A stretch of DNA of 64,000 nucleotides. It comes from an uncultured delta proteobacterium (GTDB lineage: Bacteria; Desulfobacterota; WTBG01). The stretch lies in the NCBI GenBank assembly GCA_963751515.1, contig CAVVUR010000013.1, positions 202,163 through 266,162 on the forward strand, read 5' to 3'. The notes under the pieces are model-generated. The model ran no database searches and was not told where the DNA came from. It saw nothing but the letters and a program-made list of their open reading frames with translations. Made by a program: the position numbers and the translations under genes. Below, piece after piece: positions 1-10,278 of this stretch (the first letter of the stretch is position 1; every line of letters starts with the position of its first letter).

Positions 1-651
1 GCCGCCGTTGAAGAAGCGCGTGAGCAGGGCAAGCTCGATTATGTACTGGTTGCCTCCCACAATCCCAAAGTGCTCATGAGGGCCTTAAAGACGGACCGCT
101 TTGATGTGGCCGAATTTCCTTTTACCATAATTGAGCAGGAATACCTGAAGGAGGTCATACCCTACTGCAAAGAGCACGATATAGGCACCATTGCCATGAA
201 GCCCCTGGGAGGAGGCCAGCTCACCCAGCGCGCGGACCTGTGCATCCGCTGGATTATGAACTATGATGTGGATATCATCATTCCGGGAATGAAGACCATG
301 GAGGAATTGAATCAGAATATCCAGCCCGGGCACAGCTATGTACCGCTTTCAGCCGCGGAGCTGAAAGAGCTGGATGAAATTGCCCGCCCCATCGGCCAGG
401 AATACTGCCACCGCTGCGGATACTGCCTGCCCTGCTCCCAGGGGATACACATATTCAGCCAGTTTGATTTACTCAAGACCTCCACCATCAGCCTGGAGCA
501 GAAGCGGGCCATCTACAAGGGGATGAAGGGGCGGGGCGCGAAGACCGCGGCTGACTGCGTCGCCTGCGGACTGTGTATTGAGAAATGCCCGTTCAAGCTG
601 CCCATCCCCGATATCATGGAGAGAGTCGATAAGACGCTGTCGGGAGAGTAA
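1..651 (+). CDS. Aldo/keto reductase with C-terminal 4Fe-4S dicluster domain (5' truncated by window)
   Basis: Frame open from base 1; AMKPLGGG, IIIPGM motifs; CHRCGYCLPC and CVACGLCIEKCP Fe-S motifs. Confidence 0.9.
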   Translation, partial: AAVEEAREQGKLDYVLVASHNPKVLMRALKTDRFDVAEFPFTIIEQEYLKEVIPYCKEHDIGTIAMKPLGGGQLTQRADLCIRWIMNYDVDIIIPGMKTMEELNQNIQPGHSYVPLSAAELKELDEIARPIGQEYCHRCGYCLPCSQGIHIFSQFDLLKTSTISLEQKRAIYKGMKGRGAKTAADCVACGLCIEKCPFKLPIPDIMERVDKTLSGE

Positions 652-741
652 TCGTTTTATCGCTGCGTATGTGCCTGAGCTGGTACACCGAGGGAAAGAC
701 TTTTCGCTATTGAGTTTCCTTTCCTTATCCAGGGAGGTTCT

Positions 742-1128
742 ATGACTGCCGAAAGAAACCGCACCCTTTCTTTATTGACCGTATGTTGCTTCCTGTCAGG
801 ATCTCTGTTTTCGCAGGCAGGTGCCTTGGAAGATGAGGGCACGTGTTGCTGCGGAACAATCAGCAGTCCCGCGTTTGAAGAGCTTTATGAACCAATGGCG
901 TTGCCTGATGATTCCCGCAAGGATAAAGCATGCATCGGGGACGATGATTTTGATCGTATCCGGGTGATGGACGCGGATGTGGTGGGGTGGATTGCGTTAT
1001 ATAATACTTTTATGTTTATTTATTATGGCAGGCAGTGTCTGGAAACGCTGGATCCTGCCCCGTGCAGGGCCATGGTAAATCACTTGTTCCTTGCACTGTT
1101 TTTAGGTGTCCTCTTTGAAGCATTTTAA
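742..1128 (+). CDS. Hypothetical exported/membrane protein
   Basis: GGAGG RBS before ATG; signal-peptide-like N-terminus; Cys-rich. Confidence 0.6.
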   Translation: MTAERNRTLSLLTVCCFLSGSLFSQAGALEDEGTCCCGTISSPAFEELYEPMALPDDSRKDKACIGDDDFDRIRVMDADVVGWIALYNTFMFIYYGRQCLETLDPAPCRAMVNHLFLALFLGVLFEAF

Positions 1129-1172
1129 CACGAAAAAAGATTTGAAAAGACTCCGTATCTTTTCTCGGTCAC

Positions 1173-1240
1173 TGTCATTTCGAACGAACGTGAGAAATCT
1201 TATAAGATTTCTCAGTCGCTTATGCTCCTTCGAAATGACA
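1173..1240. repeat. REP-like palindromic element
   Basis: TGTCATTTCGAA...TTCGAAATGACA outer arms; inner TGAGAAATCTTA-TAAGATTTCTCA. Confidence 0.75.
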
Positions 1241-1329
1241 ACTTAAGATGTGGCTGTAGTATAAGACACAATAATTTCATGCATGGTGGTGCCCCGCAGG
1301 GGCATGGGGGTTTAACACGAAAATCAGGA

Positions 1330-1355
1330 AGGGGCGACCGGCCGGTCGCCCCTAC
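1330..1355 (-). repeat. GTAG-type REP palindrome
   Basis: Minus strand GTAGGGGCGACCGGCCGGTCGCCCCT, perfect palindrome after GT. Confidence 0.75.
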
Positions 1356-1388
1356 ATTTAGACAATAAGAGATCACCTCTGCTCCTGA

Positions 1389-1706
1389 TTACAGAAAAAT
1401 GCCCATGAAACGGCCGAGGTAGTAGGCTGATTTTTTATCAACCTCCTTAAACTGCACCCCGAACGCTTCCCCCTCTTTCCCCCAGTGCCTTATTTCACCC
1501 GGAATAATTATGTTCTCCGCAATTCCCTGAATGTCGAATTTGAGCATCAGGGGCGTGTTAACCGGTAGGTAATGAAACCCTTCCGTGTTCTCCACCAGGC
1601 AGCCTCCCAGCGAGATGTTTTTTGTCATTCCTGTACATAAAGTAGCCACATCCTGAATACTAACCGAAGTGACAAAACGGGGATAGCTTCTTTTCTCTGT
1701 CATCAC
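1389..1706 (-). CDS. PilZ domain protein
   Basis: EKRSYPR (RxxxR) and NISLGG (D/NxSxxG) motifs; GVQF. Confidence 0.85.
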   Translation of the reverse strand: MMTEKRSYPRFVTSVSIQDVATLCTGMTKNISLGGCLVENTEGFHYLPVNTPLMLKFDIQGIAENIIIPGEIRHWGKEGEAFGVQFKEVDKKSAYYLGRFMGIFL

Positions 1707-2018
1707 GGGGTGCCCTTTACGGCTTCCGCCAGCGGGGATACCTATGGTGCATGTATAGCATACAACCCTGAGAGGGTAAAGGAGAAGCTCTCGCAGGACT
1801 GTGCCCGGGGATTATCATGCCGTCCCGCTGCTTGGAGGCTTTGCCTATTGCTTTTTAGGGATAATATGTTCTATAGTTAAACACATGATGAAGGCTGATG
1901 ACTCACGAAGCAGTGCGGAGCATTCGGCCGGATGCACGATTCATGATGCAGGATGCGGCAATCCAAAACCGCATGCCTCTTCCCGTTTTCGAATTGTTTG
2001 AGGAGAAAGTTGGCGCAT

Positions 2019-2645
2019 ATGAGAAGTCTTTTCAGAGCAGGTGCGATTTTGTGCATGTTGTTATATCTTGCGGCGGCAGGCGGAGGGGTGGGCCGCGCAT
2101 CCACCCTGGATCTCCTCGGTGCAGGCTGGAATAAACCGCAGGTAACGGTTGCCATAAAAGATTCGGACCGGCTGCCCCGGCAGATTGTGCTGGATGTCGA
2201 AACCGCGGTAAACGACTGGAATGAAGTGCTGGCTGACATTGACGACGCTCCCGTCCTCACCTGGGCTGATGATGTAAGGAAGGCGGACGCGGCAATCATA
2301 ATAAGAACCGGCGATCGATACCCGCTGGGCCAAACGCTGACCAGGACTGTGGGGCAGTCCGGGTGTGTCCTGAGAAGCACGCTGATTCAACTTAATGCGG
2401 AGGCCCTGGGGCGGAGGATGAGCGGCGCAGGCATGCGCAGCGTTGCCCGCCACGAGCTCGGACATGCGCTGGGACTGCGTCACAGCGATGATCCCTCCGA
2501 TCTCATGTATCCGTTCTTCGACTACGGCGAACTCCGTTCGGACCAGGACATTATCATATCTGATTATGACCGGGAGGGCATCGCCGCAATATATCCCATT
2601 CAGCAGCATTGCCCGGTGCCGGATTTTCTTTTCTGGGATGAGTGA
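2019..2645 (+). CDS. Matrixin (M10-like) zinc metalloprotease, secreted
   Basis: HELGHALGLRH zinc motif plus Met-turn DLMYP; signal peptide; start chosen at ATG 2019. Confidence 0.85.
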   Translation: MRSLFRAGAILCMLLYLAAAGGGVGRASTLDLLGAGWNKPQVTVAIKDSDRLPRQIVLDVETAVNDWNEVLADIDDAPVLTWADDVRKADAAIIIRTGDRYPLGQTLTRTVGQSGCVLRSTLIQLNAEALGRRMSGAGMRSVARHELGHALGLRHSDDPSDLMYPFFDYGELRSDQDIIISDYDREGIAAIYPIQQHCPVPDFLFWDE

Positions 2646-2654
2646 AGCCATGAT

Positions 2655-3293
2655 GTGGGGTACCGATTAACCATGCCGTCATCGAATTCGTGGTGGGGCA
2701 GACGTTCTGCCAGGTGGCTTATCTGCGCCTGCGCGGCAGTGTTTATTACCATGGTCCTGTATGGTGTCCATAAACGGGCGGGCATTTCGACGCCTCTCGG
2801 AACTGCCGGATCAGCGGAAGGTGACGGGGGCACCCGTATCGAGACATTGAAAACAGCGAATCAGGAACTGAAAACCCAGGTGAGAAATCTTGAGGAAGCA
2901 TTGCGCTTGGCCTCACAGGAACGGGACAGTCTGAAGGAAGATAAAAAGCAGCTGTTATACATGGTGGAGAAGCTTCAGCAGCAATCGGTTACATCAGCCG
3001 CCTCCGGGCAGGGAGGCGGGGTCAGCGGCAAGGTCGTGCGTTCGTGGCTGGTCCGCATTTCCGAGCTGAAAAATACCGGAGTCCGCGAAGAGGCACAAGC
3101 GAGAAACGAGTATATCAAGGAGGTCAACGAGGTGGTAAGAGGGCTCAAGGAGGATTTCTCCGAAGATACCTTTATTATGGGGATCGGGTATGCCAAAACT
3201 TCCTCCCGGGTAAAGAATGATATAAACGCGGCGCAGACAAAGCTGGAAGACATCATTCAATACCTGCGCGCGTATGACCCCGGTGTTAATTAG
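2655..3293 (+). CDS. Membrane-anchored coiled-coil hypothetical protein
   Basis: One N-terminal TM segment then heptad-rich helix. Confidence 0.65.
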   Translation: MGYRLTMPSSNSWWGRRSARWLICACAAVFITMVLYGVHKRAGISTPLGTAGSAEGDGGTRIETLKTANQELKTQVRNLEEALRLASQERDSLKEDKKQLLYMVEKLQQQSVTSAASGQGGGVSGKVVRSWLVRISELKNTGVREEAQARNEYIKEVNEVVRGLKEDFSEDTFIMGIGYAKTSSRVKNDINAAQTKLEDIIQYLRAYDPGVN

Positions 3294-3314
3294 CCCGCAT
3301 ATAAGATTTGATAT

Positions 3315-3350
3315 AAAAACCCCCTCTACCCGTGGGGAGAGGGGGTTTTG
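3315..3350. terminator. Bidirectional intrinsic terminator
   Basis: AAAAACCCCCTCT...AGAGGGGGTTTT between convergent genes. Confidence 0.75.
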
Positions 3351-3372
3351 TATTTCCGCGGAACGCTAAAAG

Positions 3373-4227
3373 TTATTTGGCCTTCTTCAGCGCCTCGTCA
3401 ATCATCTGGTTAAACCCCTGGATCGAGCGGTCTTTGATCGCTTTTCCGTTCAGGAAGATTGCCGGCACCCCCCGCACGCTGATGCTCATTCCCAGCTGTC
3501 TGTCTTCATCAATCTGTTTTTTCAGCGCCGGATCATTGTACGCGGCATTAAATTTTGTCATATCCAGCCCGGCTGTTTCTGCGTGTTTCTTGATGGATTC
3601 GTCACTTAAGTTCTGGAAATCGCTCATCAGGGCCCCGCTCAGCTCCTGATATTTATTCTGTCTGGCAGCGGCGAGGGCCGCCAGTGAAGCCTTCTCCGCG
3701 AAGCGGTGCATGGGGAGAGGGAAGTGCTTGATGACCAGGTTTACATCGTTGGGACGCTGCTTGAGCAACTGCTCAAGTACAGGATAAATCCTGCTGCAGT
3801 AGGGTCACTGGTAGTCAAGGAAGGCGAAGATCGTGACCGGCGCAGCGGCTTTGCCGATGACCTGCGACGTGCCTTTGGGGATGTCGTAGACCTGGGAAAT
3901 TTGAATAATGGAGAGCTGTTTTCCCGTTCCCTGGGTAAGGAAAAGCTGTTCCCCATCAGGTGAGAGCGCCAGTTGTGAGAATTCCCCCGTCAGGGGAATT
4001 ACGGAAGTTATCTTGTTTTCCGCTATCGAGTAAACCTGCACGCTCTTGCTGCAGAGGATGTAGGCCGTGGTGCCTTCCCGTGAAATGGCTACATCGCGGG
4101 GCGTGTCATCGAGGGGTATGTTCTTTAAGACCGACCATTCAATTTTTGCGCCGGCATCAGGAAGGTTACAGAAAAGCGTGATAAGAGCACATAACACTAT
4201 AAACAACCTGCAGGTGAACGTTTTCAT
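3373..4227 (-). CDS. DsbA/thioredoxin-fold selenoprotein (UPYC) with signal peptide and beta-propeller-like N-domain
   Basis: ORFs 3805-4368 and 3373-3768 are in frame across TGA 3805-3807: FLDYQ-U-PYC-SRIYP...KHFPL...GVP; AAGGAG RBS before ATG 4227. Confidence 0.85.
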
Positions 4228-4360
4228 ACCATCTCCTTTCGTGAGGATATTGTGAAACACCGTTGAACCCCGTTTTGCCGGACAATTGTAAGAGAAACAT
4301 GCTTTCCTGTCAATCAATAGTTGCGCATGTTCCCCTGCAGGGGCTGATCCGGAAGGATGG

Positions 4361-5740
4361 TCATTCAATGCCCTGCTGGAGATACCCCATGGTATTTATC
4401 CGGGGAAGGCAACGCAGCGGCTTTAAGAGTTCTTGCAGTGGGTCAGTGGCAATGCGCTGGAACTTGGCGATGATATCGGGCCTTTGCTTCTGTATGACCC
4501 CCATTTTCTCCCCGATGGCGGCATTCATCAGCTCCTGTAGCTTGTGAGGGTTCAGGGTGCAGGGAAGCGGCTTCTCGATCAGCCCGTACACGTAAGCAAT
4601 GTCCTCCGCATTGAAAACGTAGAGCAAAGCCAGGCTCCTTAAGTAGCCCCGGTAATCATTGCGCAAAAATGACTCCTGCCACCAGGTGAGATACCGTGCC
4701 ACGCCTTCCCTGGAGGGCTTGTTGTCCCGCAGTGCAACGGTTACGGCGTGTGCTGACTTCCAGCCGCACATGATGGCGCCGGTAATTTCCGCCTCAAAAT
4801 TCCAAGCGGCGTCCCCTATAACCAGCACATTGTCGCAGAACGGGTCCTCTATGGGAGAGAGTATGTTGAGGACCGCACACTGTTTTGTGCCCAGACGGGC
4901 GCCTGAAAACCAGGAGGCGAATGGACTCACCTGCATGAAATCCCGCAGCGCGCCATCGTAGTCTATCCTGTCATCTGCCGGCCCGCCGATAAAAAGCCAG
5001 AAGGTATCATCTCCTGACGCCCGGGGAACGATGCCATAGGTAAGGGGCAGACCGTACTGTTTTTCGAATATGTTGGTCATTTTATAGGTATGCGGAGATG
5101 GCAGCGAAACGCCCGTTACCGCGTAGGAGATTGTTTTAACGGTCCCGTACCACACCCGTTTTTTGTTGAGGCCCAGCCATTCGGCGATGCCTGAGTTGAG
5201 ACCGTCTGCGGCAATGGCGAAGGTTGCCTCAAATGAAGGGCCGTTGGCGGTGTTTACGGTGACGCTTTCCTTGTTTTTTTGCACCCCGTTCACATTCATG
5301 CCGGGTATTATTTCAGCCCCGCTGTCTGCAGCTTCGGTGAGCATGCCCGTTAACAGTTCCTCCTTATCATAGACTACTGATAAACGTCCTTCGTCTCCCC
5401 TGGCAAGGTTTTCTTCATAGTTGCCCATCCTGATGCAGGTTTCACCGTCGGGGGCATAGAGCACCTGCCCGTAGAAGTTTTTGTGCGGACCGCCATAGTT
5501 CACGCTGAAGCCGTTCACCGGGAACACCAGCTTTTTCTGCCGGGAGTTAAAGTACATCCGCTCACCGAACAGGTAATCATCTTCAATGGCGAACATGGTT
5601 GCGCAGGACCGCCGGACAGCGGTCATGTCTTGTTTTCTTTCGAGCAGCGCAACCGACAGCCCGTTCTCGGCCGCTACCTTTGCGGCCATGATGCCCGCCG
5701 GACCTGCACCTACTACAACCAGATCATATCGCCCTGTCAT
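4361..5740 (-). CDS. FAD-dependent oxidoreductase, geranylgeranyl reductase-like
   Basis: VVVGAGPAG, AADG, IGDAA motifs. Confidence 0.85.
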   Translation of the reverse strand: MTGRYDLVVVGAGPAGIMAAKVAAENGLSVALLERKQDMTAVRRSCATMFAIEDDYLFGERMYFNSRQKKLVFPVNGFSVNYGGPHKNFYGQVLYAPDGETCIRMGNYEENLARGDEGRLSVVYDKEELLTGMLTEAADSGAEIIPGMNVNGVQKNKESVTVNTANGPSFEATFAIAADGLNSGIAEWLGLNKKRVWYGTVKTISYAVTGVSLPSPHTYKMTNIFEKQYGLPLTYGIVPRASGDDTFWLFIGGPADDRIDYDGALRDFMQVSPFASWFSGARLGTKQCAVLNILSPIEDPFCDNVLVIGDAAWNFEAEITGAIMCGWKSAHAVTVALRDNKPSREGVARYLTWWQESFLRNDYRGYLRSLALLYVFNAEDIAYVYGLIEKPLPCTLNPHKLQELMNAAIGEKMGVIQKQRPDIIAKFQRIATDPLQELLKPLRCLPRINTMGYLQQGIE

Positions 5741-5894
5741 ACCGCTTCCTCCAGGTGAACGCTCAGTTACTCATGGTCGAGTATATACCGGATCCGTGAG
5801 AAAGACGAGCATTCTTTCATCTATGGCACGAAAGTAAAAATGTGGCTCATTTTTCATTTTACCTTATTGCTTTTGGACATTCTGTGCTATAAAA

Positions 5895-6353
5895 ATGATG
5901 TTGATGAAAGAAACCAACGGAAAGATTGCTGTTCAGCGGGAAGCAAAAGGCTGCAGCGGGTTGCTCACCGCCGCGGGTGCGTCTAACCTCTGGATAATGC
6001 AAAAAGGGCATGGAACAATGGAACATGCAAGAATAGAAGGGAGAGCAGAATCCATCAGGATTCCTACCAGCGTGAAGGCCAGGTATTTTTTGAAAAATAG
6101 GCAGTTGCCGGGGAGGGAGTGCACGGTTATTAACATCAGCCTGAATGGCGCCGGACTGGCGTTTTATGCGCATGAAACCATGGAGCAGGGTTCAAAGCTT
6201 TCTCTTAAAATGTATGCGCTGGGTGGAAAAGCAACCATTACCGTGGACGGTGTGGTCAGCTGGGTGAAGCAGGGAAAGAAGGATTTTCTCTGCGGCATCA
6301 AGTTGATGGACGTGCTTGATAATGCGGAGCAGATGGTGCTTGGCTTATATTAA
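5895..6353 (+). CDS. PilZ domain protein (true start possibly ATG 6018)
   Basis: RAESIR and NISLNGA motifs; VVSWVK...CGIKL. Confidence 0.75.
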   Translation: MMLMKETNGKIAVQREAKGCSGLLTAAGASNLWIMQKGHGTMEHARIEGRAESIRIPTSVKARYFLKNRQLPGRECTVINISLNGAGLAFYAHETMEQGSKLSLKMYALGGKATITVDGVVSWVKQGKKDFLCGIKLMDVLDNAEQMVLGLY

Positions 6354-6488
6354 ATTAGATAACCTGAAGAGGAATGGCCGGCAGTTTTTGCCGGCCATTC
6401 TGAAGCGCAGGTTTTGTCATGGTGCGGCTTGATCCCGGATCCGATATCAATTCCTGAACGCCGTGGTCTCGTCGGAGCGTGGCCCCCA

Positions 6489-7211
6489 TCATCGGGAACC
6501 GCCAATTCGTTGCGTGCCTTTTACGGTTGATACCTGTTGTAGACATGCCAGCAGCGCATCAGCCATCGTTTTCACGTGCTGCCTGAGATCTTCATCCTCT
6601 CTGAGCACACGTGCTACGGCCGGGCCATACCGGTAGTAGAGCGTGGTTATCTCCCGCCCTTCATCACTCTGTCGCAAGAATGCATCGCGCAGTTGTCTGA
6701 GCAGGTTTGTTTCCTCCGCGTGTTCGCCATAGAGCAGTTCCGCGGGGCACCCGTCCGCAGACGGGTCTCCATGCAGGGTAAACTGTTCGGTGAATTTCAG
6801 AACGCCCGCGAAATAAACCTCCACGCGCCACTCGCCCGGTGTGGTCTCGGGAGCATAGCCATGTATCAAAATCCGGGAGTACCAGCAGCCGGATGGATAG
6901 GAGGCAAGATTTTTCTGCTCAGCGTACAGCTCACCGTCCGGCTTATACCACTGGCAGACAATCTCATCCGCCGGCACGGCTTTATTCCAGGAAAACCAGC
7001 AGTTCGCCTCCTCATCGGTATAGTCGAAGCTATCGACGCGAATCGGTGTGGAACAGCCGGTATCCCACTGTGGATTGCGGGTCATCATATGGTCTATTAT
7101 TTCCACTTCGGCAGCAGCCGGCATGATGCCCGCGGGGCTTGAGGAAAACAGGAAAAGCCAGTAAAACAGGATACACAGGCTGAAGATTGTTTTTTTCATA
7201 TTTTTCCTCAC
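6489..7211 (-). CDS. Exported protein with C-terminal CFI-box-CTERM-like domain
   Basis: Signal peptide; GCPAELLYG...LLRQLRDAFL...GREITTLYYRYGP resembles CFI-box-CTERM. Confidence 0.65.
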   Translation of the reverse strand: MRKNMKKTIFSLCILFYWLFLFSSSPAGIMPAAAEVEIIDHMMTRNPQWDTGCSTPIRVDSFDYTDEEANCWFSWNKAVPADEIVCQWYKPDGELYAEQKNLASYPSGCWYSRILIHGYAPETTPGEWRVEVYFAGVLKFTEQFTLHGDPSADGCPAELLYGEHAEETNLLRQLRDAFLRQSDEGREITTLYYRYGPAVARVLREDEDLRQHVKTMADALLACLQQVSTVKGTQRIGGSR

Positions 7212-7447
7212 GTCTGACTTTCATCCGTGTGATGTGCGACCTTTAAGAAAAACCCCGTTCTGCCTTTCCCGACAGCTGCCAAGCCTGCAGCACCCCTTAT
7301 ATATCGGAAAAAGATACCAAAATATTGAGGGATATGATTGCCGGGAACGCACCCCGGAATACGGACGTGCCGGATTGAAAAATGTGTTTACCTGTTTATG
7401 ATTATATGCTATAGGGTAATGCCCCGAGGGGAAAGGGAGGAACAGGT

Positions 7448-7861
7448 ATGAAGAAAACGATACTGTTCTTTTTCGGAAGCATGGTCATTGCGGGCGGGTG
7501 CAGTACTACCAGGAGCCCCATCCTCTATCCCAACGAGCACCTTAATACCGTAGGTGCCGCGCAGGCAAACAGGGACATAGAGGAATGCTGTCAGCTGGCC
7601 GACAATTACCTTAAGTCGAAAAAAGCCAAGGAGATGACAAAAGACGCGGTTGAGAGCGGCGTTGCCGGGGCGGCTGCAGGAGCCGCCGCGGGATCGATAT
7701 TCGGTCACGTGGGACGGGGAGCAGCAGCCGGAGCGGCGGCAGGAGCTGCATCAACCGTTACGCACGCGCTTTTCCGCATAAAAGATCCCGACCCGGTTTT
7801 TATGAATTATGTGAATAGCTGTCTGAGCGAGAGGGGGTATCAGCCCATAGGGTGGGAATGA
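7448..7861 (+). CDS. Glycine-zipper lipoprotein
   Basis: Lipobox IAGGC; GAAAGAAAG repeats; CLSERGY. Confidence 0.8.
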   Translation: MKKTILFFFGSMVIAGGCSTTRSPILYPNEHLNTVGAAQANRDIEECCQLADNYLKSKKAKEMTKDAVESGVAGAAAGAAAGSIFGHVGRGAAAGAAAGAASTVTHALFRIKDPDPVFMNYVNSCLSERGYQPIGWE

Positions 7862-8025
7862 TACCGGTGGCGAACTCGCTGCCGGCAGGAGGCAATTCGT
7901 TCACCCCAGGGTAGAAGCCGTGCGTATGTTCTTGCCTGTCAGGAGATGTTCCCTGACGGGAAGTTTGCAATCTTAACCCTTTTCCTCACTGAGCGTGCGG
8001 AAAAGAAGAAGGAGGAGTTTAAGGC

Positions 8026-8904
8026 ATGAGCAATAATGATCCAATTATAAGCATGGATGCATTTCCACCAGCTCAAATCGCCGAGAAGGCGGAGAATGTC
8101 GGCGTTACCAAGGCCAACCTTGATTTTTGGACGCTTTTTGTGCTGGCTATCCTTGCGGGCACTTTTATCGCCCTGGGTGCGGTATTTTCAACTACCGTTA
8201 CAGCCGGCGCTGAAGGCAATGTTTATTTCGGCCTGGGCAAGCTGCTGGGAGGACTCACCTTTTGCCTGGGCCTGATTCTGGTGGTTGTATCTGGAGCCGA
8301 ACTCTTTACCGGCAACAACCTCATTGTCATGGCCTGTGTCAGCGGCAGGGTCACCATACGCCAGCTCCTGCGCAACTGGATAATTGTCTACCTGGGGAAT
8401 TTCGTCGGAGCGATCACCACGGTATATGTTATGTTGCTCTGCAAGCGCTACATGATTGGCAAGGGTGTTATATGGCTGAACGCGATGACCATCTCCAACG
8501 CCAAGTGCGGCAAACCATTTATAGACCTGTTTGCCCTGGGCATCATGTGCAACGCCCTGGTGTGCCTCGCGGTGTGGATGTGCATGGGCGCCCGCAGCAC
8601 CACCGATAAAATACTTTGCATTATTTTTCCCATCACCGCGTTTGTCACCTGCGGATTTGAGCACTCGGTTGCCAACATGTACTACATACCCGGCGCCATT
8701 CTGGCCAAGCAGTGGATGCCCCTGGAAATGTGGCAGACTATCGGAAAGGTGGCGGCGGATTTTCCCAACCTTACCTGGTACAACTTCTTCTTTGTCAATC
8801 TTATTCCCGTAACCCTGGGGAATATCGTGGGCGGGTCCTTCTGCGTCGGATTTCTCTACTGGTTGGCCTATCGCCGCAAGCACGGCTGGGAGATTCGCTT
8901 CTGA
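8026..8904 (+). CDS. focA: Formate/nitrite transporter (FNT family)
   Basis: GAELFTGN, CNALVCLAVW, GFEHSVANM, GNIVGG signatures. Confidence 0.92.
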   Translation: MSNNDPIISMDAFPPAQIAEKAENVGVTKANLDFWTLFVLAILAGTFIALGAVFSTTVTAGAEGNVYFGLGKLLGGLTFCLGLILVVVSGAELFTGNNLIVMACVSGRVTIRQLLRNWIIVYLGNFVGAITTVYVMLLCKRYMIGKGVIWLNAMTISNAKCGKPFIDLFALGIMCNALVCLAVWMCMGARSTTDKILCIIFPITAFVTCGFEHSVANMYYIPGAILAKQWMPLEMWQTIGKVAADFPNLTWYNFFFVNLIPVTLGNIVGGSFCVGFLYWLAYRRKHGWEIRF

Positions 8905-8968
8905 ATCAAATGATCATCAAAGAAAGGCAAATGTTATTATCGGTTAACTTCGGTGAAGGAGGAGCTAC

Positions 8969-10057
8969 ATGATCAGAAAAAAAACATCGCTTTGTCTATT
9001 AATCATTACCTGTTTCGCGGCACACATTTTTTTACTTCCGCCCCTGAATGCGCAAGAGCCTAAAATCAAGGTAAATGTGCAGCCGAAGAAAGCGGAACCC
9101 AGCCAGGGGAAGGCCGCTGCCGGAGGGAAACAGCCGGCAATTGCATTTGATGCGATCCAGTTTGATGCAGGTGAGGTGTGGGAAGGGGATACCGTGTCTC
9201 ATACCTTTATTGTTAAAAACACCGGCAAGGCTGAACTGACCATTGCTAATGTTAAGCCTGGGTGAGGCTGCACCGTAGCCGATTTTGATAAGGCTATAGC
9301 CCCCGGTCAGGAGGGCAAAATAACATTAAAGCTCAATACCAGCAGAAGGCAGGGCAAATTGACGAAATCAGCTGCCGTAATGTCAAATGATCCCAACAAA
9401 CCGACTGCCACCATCACCCTGAGCTGTTTTGTAAAGGAGTACATCAGCATTAAACCCGGCAGCCGGATTAACCTGGTGGGATATGAAGGCGATGAGCTGA
9501 GTCAAAGGCTGACCATAACGGCACCTTCGGGAGAGGCGTTTGACATAACGGAAGTAAAGACCGATCTTACCGATAAGGTCAAATATAAGCTGGAAACGAT
9601 CAAAAAAGGGGCGGAATACACCCTGGACGTGGCCAACATATCCAAAGGAGAGGGGATAATCCGGGGACAGGTTGAGCTTAAAACCACCAGCCAGAAGAAA
9701 CCATCGATAGTTATTCCGGTCTTTGTCAAAATCCAGGGCGAGGTAGAGGTGAAGCCTGCATCCCTCTATTTCGGCAAAATCGATACAGGCGGGGGGGCCA
9801 TCAATCCTGATAGCCTTACCAGGTCTGTGGTAATCAAGAAGGCACGCGGCGATGAGCTGACCATCAAGAAGGTGGAAGAGAGCAGCAAATGGATTAAAAC
9901 CAAGACAGAAACCAATGAAAAGGGAGTCCAGTACACGGTTGTTATTACGCTAGACAAGGACAAGATGCCCAAGGGTAAATTTGACGAAAAAGTTGAAATT
10001 AAGACCAATAAAAAGAAAGAGCCCTTGGTGGTGAGCATTAAGGGTGAGATTATTTAG
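8969..10057 (+). CDS. DUF1573-like exported selenoprotein (KPG-U-GCT)
   Basis: ORFs 8969-9265 and 9359-10057 in frame across TGA 9263-9265; read-through gives VKPG-U-GCTVADFDKAIAPGQEGKI, matching the DUF1573 xCGCT...I.PG..G.I pattern. Confidence 0.8.
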
Positions 10058-10111
10058 TCGGGTGAGCGTAAACCGAACATCAGTTTGACTCACTCAATAA
10101 AGCTATATACG

Positions 10112-10149
10112 ATCAGGCATCTGCAGGATTGTGCAGGTGCCTGATTTTT
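10112..10149 (+). terminator. Intrinsic terminator
   Basis: ATCAGGCATCTGCA...TGCAGGTGCCTGAT followed by TTTT. Confidence 0.7.
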
Positions 10150-10278
10150 AATGTGCGCGCGGGGAGGGCTTTCCGCAGGGGCAAACCCCCGATATTAAGA
10201 TTCGCACGCGTTTTTCCGGACCTTTCGGGTTTTTTCTCTGCTGTCAGTTACCGTTTGATCTGGTCCGCTGCGTGTCGC

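Noticed and set aside
7862-8020. Riboswitch upstream of focA
   Set aside because: Two hairpins visible but no recognisable aptamer; may be a terminator or REP.
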